Source: a virus
Virus record (IMG/VR): IMGVR_UViG_3300009079_000013
Strand: one strand, 5' to 3'
Length of the DNA: 64,000 bases
The stretch's first letter is position 1; each line of letters begins with the position of its first letter. Shown piece by piece: positions 58,513 to 64,000 of the stretch. The position numbers and the translations under genes were made by a program. Below the pieces are notes generated by a model. It was given only the letters and a program-made list of their open reading frames with translations, was not told the DNA's origin and did not search any database.

Positions 58513-59832
58513 ATGTTTAATAGATTACAGCAATTCGTAGAGAGAAGTAACTCAACAAACTCAAACACTGATAAATTAAATGTCTTAAGAGACTATATAT
58601 CAGACCAGGAGGTCCTTCAAGCCCTTAGGTATGTATATTCCCCCTTTAAACAGTATTATGTTACTTCAAAAAATCTTAAAAAGAGAAGTGACCTGGTTAG
58701 TCCAGTCGGAAACCAATACGGTAGCATCTTTACCCTATTAGATACGTTAAATGATAGAATAATCACAGGACATGATGCCATTGCAGCCGTAAACAGATTT
58801 ATTCTCGAAAACAGACAATACGAAGACCTTATTTATAACATCTTCGACCGGAATCTTAAGACCCGTTCTACAACTTCAATGATTAACAAAGTTGTACCAG
58901 GTTTGGTTCCAACATTCGATGTAGCATTAGCCGCAACTTATGATGAGAAAACCAAAAAGAAAGTCAATCTTGATTCTGATGAATGGTACCTTTCTAGAAA
59001 ATTGGACGGAGTCAGATGTTTAGCATTCTTCGACAATTTTGGAACTGTTACTTTCAAAAGTAGAAGTGGCAAACCATTTGATACACTTGGAAACGTGGCC
59101 AAAGAACTTGAAGGTCTTAAACTCTATAACATTGTAATGGATGGAGAGATTTGCATTGTTGATGAAAATGGCGATGAAGATTTTCAATCAATCATCAAAG
59201 AAATTAAAAGAAAAGACCACACCATCGAAAACCCATTATTTCAAATTTTCGATATGATATCGTTAGAAGACTTTGAGAATAAGGCATCTAGGGAAAAATT
59301 AAGTGAGAGGCTTGATAACCTTCAAATGTCAATCGACCATGTTTATACCCCAATGGTCCCACCAACATACTTCAGAGTACTTGAACAGGACCTCTTAACC
59401 AGTTGGGATATGTTTGAGTCTAAGATGGACCATGCAGTTCAAAGCGGTTGGGAAGGTCTAATGCTAAGAAAAGACGATAAGTACCAGGGAAAACGCAGTA
59501 CTGATATCTTAAAAGTAAAGAAATTCTATGATGAAGAGTATATTGTCGTAGACTTAGAGAACTCCCCAAACCGTGTAATTGTCAATGGGCTTGAAGTAGA
59601 AGAAATGATGCTAAAGAATGTTATCATAGAACACAAAGGAAACAGAGTACAGGTTGGAAGTGGTTTTACAATTGATGAAAGAAGAAGTTATTTTAAAAAT
59701 CCTAATAAAATATTAGGTAAGACCATAACCGTACAGTACTTTGAAACTACAAAAAATAATCAAGGTACAGAATCACTTAGGTTCCCAGTGATTAAAGCAG
59801 TTTATGAAAACGGAAGAGTTGATTATGTATAA
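58513..59832 (+). CDS. ATP-dependent DNA ligase
   Basis: KLDGVR, SRSGK, MDGEI, FD, EGLMLR, KVK, VGSGF, SLRFP. Confidence 0.93.
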   Translation: MFNRLQQFVERSNSTNSNTDKLNVLRDYISDQEVLQALRYVYSPFKQYYVTSKNLKKRSDLVSPVGNQYGSIFTLLDTLNDRIITGHDAIAAVNRFILENRQYEDLIYNIFDRNLKTRSTTSMINKVVPGLVPTFDVALAATYDEKTKKKVNLDSDEWYLSRKLDGVRCLAFFDNFGTVTFKSRSGKPFDTLGNVAKELEGLKLYNIVMDGEICIVDENGDEDFQSIIKEIKRKDHTIENPLFQIFDMISLEDFENKASREKLSERLDNLQMSIDHVYTPMVPPTYFRVLEQDLLTSWDMFESKMDHAVQSGWEGLMLRKDDKYQGKRSTDILKVKKFYDEEYIVVDLENSPNRVIVNGLEVEEMMLKNVIIEHKGNRVQVGSGFTIDERRSYFKNPNKILGKTITVQYFETTKNNQGTESLRFPVIKAVYENGRVDYV

Positions 59833-59844
59833 ACCAAAACAACG

Positions 59845-59973
59845 ATGAGTAATATAGATATTGTAATTATATACCTATTTGTGCCATTTTTAATGGGTGT
59901 AACAGCTGTTTTGGGTGGGGATGTCTTTAAAGATTGGATAAAACATAAAATTAAACAAAAAGATGATGAATAA
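59845..59973 (+). CDS. Cassette 1: 42-aa single-TM peptide (not in ORF track)
   Basis: MSNIDIVIIYLFVPFLMGVTAVLGGDVFKDWIKHKIKQKDDE*. Confidence 0.65.
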   Translation: MSNIDIVIIYLFVPFLMGVTAVLGGDVFKDWIKHKIKQKDDE

Positions 59974-60283
59974 AAAAGAATTTAAACCCCTAAAATGTTT
60001 TTTAAAATGGTCTTATGGTGAACCAAAACACCCTAAAGAATCTATGACAGAGTTTACCTGGGGTTCAGGTATTAATATGACAATTGCGGGACCAGAATTA
60101 AAGTTTGATGAAAATACAACATTATCCGAATGGAGACAGTCAGAAATAAAAAAGTGGGAGAATCTTATGGAAGATTTTAATAAAGATAAAAGAATACAAC
60201 AGTTAGACTTTAGAATAAACCCAAATAGGAATGATGTCGAAGAAGTTGAATCAGATATTAACTTCATTAAGTGGGTAGATTAA
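59963..60283 (+). CDS. Cassette 2: hypothetical
   Basis: Starts and stops in repeats. Confidence 0.7.
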   Translation: MMNKKEFKPLKCFLKWSYGEPKHPKESMTEFTWGSGINMTIAGPELKFDENTTLSEWRQSEIKKWENLMEDFNKDKRIQQLDFRINPNRNDVEEVESDINFIKWVD

Positions 60284-60295
60284 ACCAAAACAAAG

Positions 60296-60556
60296 ATGAG
60301 TAAAAAAGACAATAATTTAGAAATGTTATTAGTTGGTTTATTCCCACAAAACAAAATTAAAGTTGATACTGAAATCCACAGTAAATTCGGTATGTGTATT
60401 GATGTGAATGTTGATGATAAGAAAATAAAATTCAAAATACCAGAAATAGACCCAATAGAAAGGATGATGTTTTCAGTTGAAGATTGGGCTATGGAATACA
60501 GCCATTTAATCGTGCAGGAAATCAGAAATCAATTAAACCAAAACAAAGATGAGTAA
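60296..60556 (+). CDS. Cassette 3: hypothetical
   Basis: MSK... ends NQNKDE*. Confidence 0.7.
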   Translation: MSKKDNNLEMLLVGLFPQNKIKVDTEIHSKFGMCIDVNVDDKKIKFKIPEIDPIERMMFSVEDWAMEYSHLIVQEIRNQLNQNKDE

Positions 60557-60689
60557 AGAAGAAATTATAGATTCCTTATACGATATATTAGATGAAATAG
60601 ATGAAACACCAAAGGATGAATTTGTTGATATAGTGTATATTAAAGAAACGCTAGAAAATATAATAAAACAAAACAAAGAAGATGAGTAA
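60549..60689 (+). CDS. Cassette 4: 46-aa acidic peptide (not in ORF track)
   Basis: MSKEEIIDSLYDILDEIDETPKDEFVDIVYIKETLENIIKQNKEDE*. Confidence 0.7.
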   Translation: MSKEEIIDSLYDILDEIDETPKDEFVDIVYIKETLENIIKQNKEDE

Positions 60690-60825
60690 AGATTATTTAG
60701 ATAAGTCGGAAGAAAGACAAAAGCAGAACATAGAAAAGATTAAACCAAAACAAATGCCACATCCTATTCCTAAATTGAAATGGTGGCAGATGTTAATAGG
60801 AGGATTCAAAGGTAGAAGATATTAA
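60682..60825 (+). CDS. Cassette 5: 47-aa basic peptide containing an internal repeat copy (not in ORF track)
   Basis: MSKDYLDKSEERQKQNIEKIKPKQMPHPIPKLKWWQMLIGGFKGRRY*. Confidence 0.65.
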   Translation: MSKDYLDKSEERQKQNIEKIKPKQMPHPIPKLKWWQMLIGGFKGRRY

Positions 60826-60840
60826 ACCAAAACAAATAAG

Positions 60841-61056
60841 ATGAGAAATAATATAGAAGACTTATCATTAGAATTAATAAAAGACATTAAAAGTTTAGAG
60901 GGGTTTAAAAGTTCACTCATAGAGGAAGAACTTATACATAACTTATCAGAAAAATTAGACAATTTAACTAGTGAAGACAAAGAGGAAAGAATTAAGGCAT
61001 TACACAATATGTTTGCACTAGGTCAAATATTTACAAACCAAAACAAAGATGAGTAA
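60841..61056 (+). CDS. Cassette 6: hypothetical
   Basis: Ends NQNKDE*. Confidence 0.7.
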   Translation: MRNNIEDLSLELIKDIKSLEGFKSSLIEEELIHNLSEKLDNLTSEDKEERIKALHNMFALGQIFTNQNKDE

Positions 61057-61219
61057 AGAAATTGAAAAAATAAGTAAGCAATTATTTGAACTTAAAGAAT
61101 GGCTATCTGAACAACCAGGACATCCTAGTCATCTTTCTAATTTACCTCAGTGGTTTTGGGAAGGTTGGGGTGAATGTATAGATGATTTAAAACGATTAAG
61201 TAAAACAAAACAAAGATGA
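61049..61219 (+). CDS. Cassette 7: 56-aa peptide (not in ORF track)
   Basis: MSKEIEKISKQLFELKEWLSEQPGHPSHLSNLPQWFWEGWGECIDDLKRLSKTKQR*. Confidence 0.7.
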   Translation: MSKEIEKISKQLFELKEWLSEQPGHPSHLSNLPQWFWEGWGECIDDLKRLSKTKQR

Positions 61220-61644
61220 GTAAAATTAAAGAAGAGTTAAAACCCGTGAGATTAACAAAAACTGAAACCTGTTTAACTTATGTTTTAAGACGAATGGGAT
61301 TAGAGCCTGATTTTTGTACTTATGAAACATTTCATGAACACTTTAATCAATTTACATTTTCTAGGTATCAAAAAAAAATAAAAGTTGGTGATATTCTTCT
61401 ATGGGATAAAACTAGTACATGGGAATGGTTACCTTGGACTATAAATGACAACGGTATTATTGAATGGAAAAATATACCAGTAGGATTTCATTTTGCAATA
61501 TATGAAGGTGATGGTATGTTTAGTGATTGTACAAGACTAGTAACGCCACCACATCCCACACTTAGATTAAGAACAATGACAGACTTGCAAAAGAACCCAG
61601 ATTTTGTATTAAGATTAGAACTAAACCAAAACAAAGATGAGTAA
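61216..61644 (+). CDS. Cassette 8: NlpC/P60-like (Cys-His) protein
   Basis: ETCLTYV, KVGDILLW, HFAIYEGDG; ends NQNKDE*. Confidence 0.6.
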   Translation: MSKIKEELKPVRLTKTETCLTYVLRRMGLEPDFCTYETFHEHFNQFTFSRYQKKIKVGDILLWDKTSTWEWLPWTINDNGIIEWKNIPVGFHFAIYEGDGMFSDCTRLVTPPHPTLRLRTMTDLQKNPDFVLRLELNQNKDE

Positions 61645-61834
61645 AGAAGAAGATAAGGAATTAGTCAGCAGGTTACTAAAAGCAGCTAACGAAATTCATA
61701 AGAAAGGATTAGCTAAAGCAAATTATATACATCTACCAGCAAAATTCATACAACAACGAGCAGACGAAGAAGGAGTTACATTTGATGAAATGGTAAAGAT
61801 AATTGAAGAAGAGATTAAACCAAAACAAAGATGA
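61637..61834 (+). CDS. Cassette 9: hypothetical
   Basis: Ends KPKQR*. Confidence 0.7.
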   Translation: MSKEEDKELVSRLLKAANEIHKKGLAKANYIHLPAKFIQQRADEEGVTFDEMVKIIEEEIKPKQR

Positions 61835-62043
61835 GTAGAGAATATATTAAAGAACAATACCAACATCTACAATTATTAAGTAGCAACATAACACCAACAA
61901 GACCAGGTGTGGGATCCTATGTAACTGTAGATGGATTAGAAATATCTGAAGACTATTTTCCAGAAGAATTTGAACAAATAGAAAATGCCTGGGATAGTGT
62001 TGCTAAAAAAATAAAAGAACTAAACCAAAACAAAGATGAGTAG
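61831..62043 (+). CDS. Cassette 10: hypothetical
   Basis: Ends NQNKDE*. Confidence 0.7.
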   Translation: MSREYIKEQYQHLQLLSSNITPTRPGVGSYVTVDGLEISEDYFPEEFEQIENAWDSVAKKIKELNQNKDE

Positions 62044-62263
62044 AGGAGAATTTGCAGTATCACCCCAAGTTGCTAAAGTACTTAGTGATATACAACAAAG
62101 AGAAGAAGATTTTATTAAAGGTAAATCTATAAAAGTAGAAGAATGGGACCTCGAAGACATTCAAAAAGAATATGAACTTATTCTTAAAAAAGAGAGTAAA
62201 CTCTCGTCTAACAATAGAAAAAAGATTTTAGAAATATTAAACCAAAACAAAGAAGATGAGTGA
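62036..62263 (+). CDS. Cassette 11: hypothetical
   Basis: Ends NQNKEDE*. Confidence 0.7.
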   Translation: MSRGEFAVSPQVAKVLSDIQQREEDFIKGKSIKVEEWDLEDIQKEYELILKKESKLSSNNRKKILEILNQNKEDE

Positions 62264-62522
62264 AGAAGAAATAAAAACACTTAGACCATCATTCAAATTT
62301 GGAGGAATGATTATGACTGATTGGTTTGAAGTTTCAGAAGGTAAAGGATATTGTATAATAAGAAGTGGATTAAAACACGCTGATGGTATTACAAAATCAC
62401 CTTATCATTATGAATATTTCAAAGGTGGTAACAATGCAACAAATGAAGTTTTAAACCATTTTAATAATTGGTGGAAACTATTAAACCAAAACAAAGATGA
62501 GCAAAGGAGAATGGATATTTGA
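62256..62522 (+). CDS. Cassette 12: hypothetical
   Basis: Reads through a mutated repeat: NQNKDEQRRMDI*. Confidence 0.7.
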   Translation: MSEEEIKTLRPSFKFGGMIMTDWFEVSEGKGYCIIRSGLKHADGITKSPYHYEYFKGGNNATNEVLNHFNNWWKLLNQNKDEQRRMDI

Positions 62523-62691
62523 ATACAAAAATCATACCTATCATCTACAAGACAGAGATGATAGTTTTAAGAAAGGAGATTTGTTTTTTGAAAGATCAGG
62601 TAGATTAGGTCCTATTGAATGGGACGGTAAGGGACAACTTAACTATCATTGTAAAAAAATAGTAAGTATTAAACCAAAACAAAGAAGATGA
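62497..62691 (+). CDS. Cassette 13: hypothetical
   Basis: Ends KPKQRR*. Confidence 0.7.
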   Translation: MSKGEWIFEYKNHTYHLQDRDDSFKKGDLFFERSGRLGPIEWDGKGQLNYHCKKIVSIKPKQRR

Positions 62692-62912
62692 GTAAAGATG
62701 AAATAATAGATGGATATACCTTTAAGTATAATTCAGAAAATAAATTCTACGAATGTAGAGGAGATGTTTGTTATGATGATGAACATGATGAAGTACCTGA
62801 AAAGGGACTTTGGGATGCAGCACATAAGCTTGAACATAAATTAAAGAATCAAGGTATTGATTGTGATGTAGAGCATTCTGAAAAAGGTTGGGTAGAAGTA
62901 TGTATAAACTAA
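62688..62912 (+). CDS. Cassette 14: acidic hypothetical
   Basis: Stop is the repeat's TAA. Confidence 0.7.
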   Translation: MSKDEIIDGYTFKYNSENKFYECRGDVCYDDEHDEVPEKGLWDAAHKLEHKLKNQGIDCDVEHSEKGWVEVCIN

Positions 62913-62927
62913 ACCAAAACAAAAAAG

Positions 62928-63140
62928 ATGAGTAAAACTAATTACCAACCCTTAATATGTTCAGATAAAGAACTAAAGGAGATAGCAGAACATTGGTGTG
63001 TTTTAGTTGGTGAAAAACCAACAGCATCAATATTAAATGCGTTTATAATGGGAGCAAAAATAGCCGTATCTAATAACGGATGGATAGTAAATAAAGACAG
63101 TAATGAAGATGATTTTGACTACGAATCGGGGATGTGCTAA
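62928..63140 (+). CDS. Cassette 15: hypothetical (terminal)
   Basis: Starts in last repeat; has its own stop. Confidence 0.7.
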   Translation: MSKTNYQPLICSDKELKEIAEHWCVLVGEKPTASILNAFIMGAKIAVSNNGWIVNKDSNEDDFDYESGMC

Positions 63141-63180
63141 GGCATGTAAACAGTAACAGCTTTAAATGTGAATAAACAAA

Positions 63181-63465
63181 TTATCTTTTAGAATCCATTA
63201 ATCTAAGATAGGCTTCTCTCACTTCTTTCTTTGCATGAATTAATCTTCTTTTGATATATACATTTTCAAAATTATCGTCTTCTGATATTGCATTTAAGGC
63301 TGCTCCTGAAAGAGCGTTTATATGTTCAAGTAATTCTTTTATAGTTTGCATTTCTTCCATAGGAATTGGGTCTTTTCCAAATTCATAACGGTTTCCGTTA
63401 CCACCAAGTTCAGAAGATCTGATGAATTCAATGTACCCCATTCCTTCTTTTACTTGCTTTTTCAT
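63181..63465 (-). CDS. Hypothetical protein
   Basis: Start MKKQVKEG at 63465 avoids overlap with upstream gene. Confidence 0.55.
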   Translation of the reverse strand: MKKQVKEGMGYIEFIRSSELGGNGNRYEFGKDPIPMEEMQTIKELLEHINALSGAALNAISEDDNFENVYIKRRLIHAKKEVREAYLRLMDSKR

Positions 63466-63466
63466 A

Positions 63467-63850
63467 TTAATATTCTCCAGATTCTTCTCTTTCTTCCTCT
63501 TTAGATTTTTTAGAATCACTTTTAGTTTTCTTTAAAGGCTTAACCTTTTTATCTGACTTAACTTTCTTATCTGATGATTTTTCATCATCTATATCGTCTA
63601 ACTTAACAGGTCCATTTGGTATAGTAGGGCTATTTTCATAATCTGTTTTTATAAACTTAGTAGCCGGTTTACTAGAAATAGAATCCATATCTCCTTTACT
63701 ATCTGGTATGCTAGGGGAATCTGTCAATTCATTAGATGCGTTTTGCATCTTTTCAACACTCTGTTCATCATTACCTGGAGCAGAGAAATGATCTCCTTTA
63801 GAATAGGCTTTTGTAAATTCTGAAAAATTTAGTATTCTTTTGTTATCCAT
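63467..63850 (-). CDS. Hypothetical protein with CTS-like N-terminus
   Basis: RILNFSEF; low-complexity C-terminus. Confidence 0.55.
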   Translation of the reverse strand: MDNKRILNFSEFTKAYSKGDHFSAPGNDEQSVEKMQNASNELTDSPSIPDSKGDMDSISSKPATKFIKTDYENSPTIPNGPVKLDDIDDEKSSDKKVKSDKKVKPLKKTKSDSKKSKEEEREESGEY

Positions 63851-63852
63851 TG

Positions 63853-63999
63853 TTACTTAGATTTTTTAATATGATAACTTACCGAACTAGCGGCAACGTT
63901 ATATTTTTTACCTATTGCTTTATAAGTCATTCCATTCTTTCTATCTTTAATAAACTGCTTTTTCATGTCAGATGTTATTAAAGTCTTCTTTGATTTTGA
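63853..63999 (-). CDS. C-terminal end of a helix-turn-helix protein (truncated by window edge)
   Basis: ...KNGMTYKAIGKKYNVAASSVSYHIKKSK*. Confidence 0.55.
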   Translation of the reverse strand, partial: SKSKKTLITSDMKKQFIKDRKNGMTYKAIGKKYNVAASSVSYHIKKSK

Positions 64000-64000
64000 A

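Larger units (their letters stand above)
59830..62936 (+). repeat. Array of 16 interspersed direct repeats, consensus TAAACCAAAACAAAGATGAGTAAA, delimiting short gene cassettes
   Basis: Copies start at 59830, 59952, 60281, 60534, 60664, 60741, 60823, 61034, 61201, 61622, 61816, 62021, 62238, 62482, 62670, 62910; spacing 77-421 nt. Confidence 0.95.

Noticed and set aside
2277-62922. Numerous antisense/shadow ORFs in the track (e.g. 4889-5257, 7037-7375, 25195-25665, 46568-47059, 54922-55356, 60013-60267)
   Set aside because: They lie opposite well-supported genes and have the Ser/Leu/Phe/Ile-rich composition typical of antisense frames.
59830-62936. CRISPR array interpretation of the repeats
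   Set aside because: Units are 77-421 nt, irregular and fully protein-coding; the repeat is non-palindromic; no cas genes are present.
59830-62936. Classical integron (attC) interpretation
   Set aside because: No inverted-repeat attC structure or GTTRRRY cores, and no tyrosine integrase in the window.
63141-63180. Possible 17th repeat after the last cassette (TAAACAGTAACAG / TAAACAAA)
   Set aside because: Only 5-6 nt match, no following ATG, and the last cassette has its own stop.
1-64000. Alternative genetic code (stop-codon reassignment as in some large phages)
   Set aside because: Core genes are full length under the standard code, and TAA, TAG and TGA all serve as stops at tight gene junctions.
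1-64000. tRNA/rRNA genes or introns
   Set aside because: Intergenic gaps are short and AT-rich and no cloverleaf motifs were recognised by eye; tRNAscan/Infernal were not run.

Overview
64 kb of an AT-rich, standard-genetic-code, T4-like (myovirus-type, probably jumbo) dsDNA phage genome. The host is most likely Bacteroidota/Flavobacteria, inferred from A-rich, Shine-Dalgarno-less translation starts. Recognisable core genes: major capsid, prohead protease-scaffold fusion, portal, neck, tail tube, baseplate genes, two topoisomerase II subunits, UvsW, primase, only the C-terminal half of a split family-B DNA polymerase, DNA ligase, PhoH, UvsE, Fpg/Nei, an endolysin and a dCMP-hydroxymethylase-like thymidylate synthase homolog. 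A ~12 kb glycosylation island (NeuA, NeuB, Maf-like transferases, GTs, WbpB) lies between the head and baseplate genes and contains an inverted DOT1-like/SET/ATP-grasp trio. The most striking unexplained structure is at ~59.8-63.1 kb: 15 short, unrelated ORFs joined head-to-tail by 16 copies of a ~24-nt direct repeat (TAAACCAAAACAAAGATGAGTAAA). This repeat supplies a stop codon in all three frames, a Bacteroidota-type initiation region and the next start codon, so it is a candidate plug-and-play gene-cassette system. Degenerate copies occur at ~11.5-12.7 kb. No tRNA, rRNA or CRISPR array was recognised. All functional calls come from visual motif recognition; no database searches were run.
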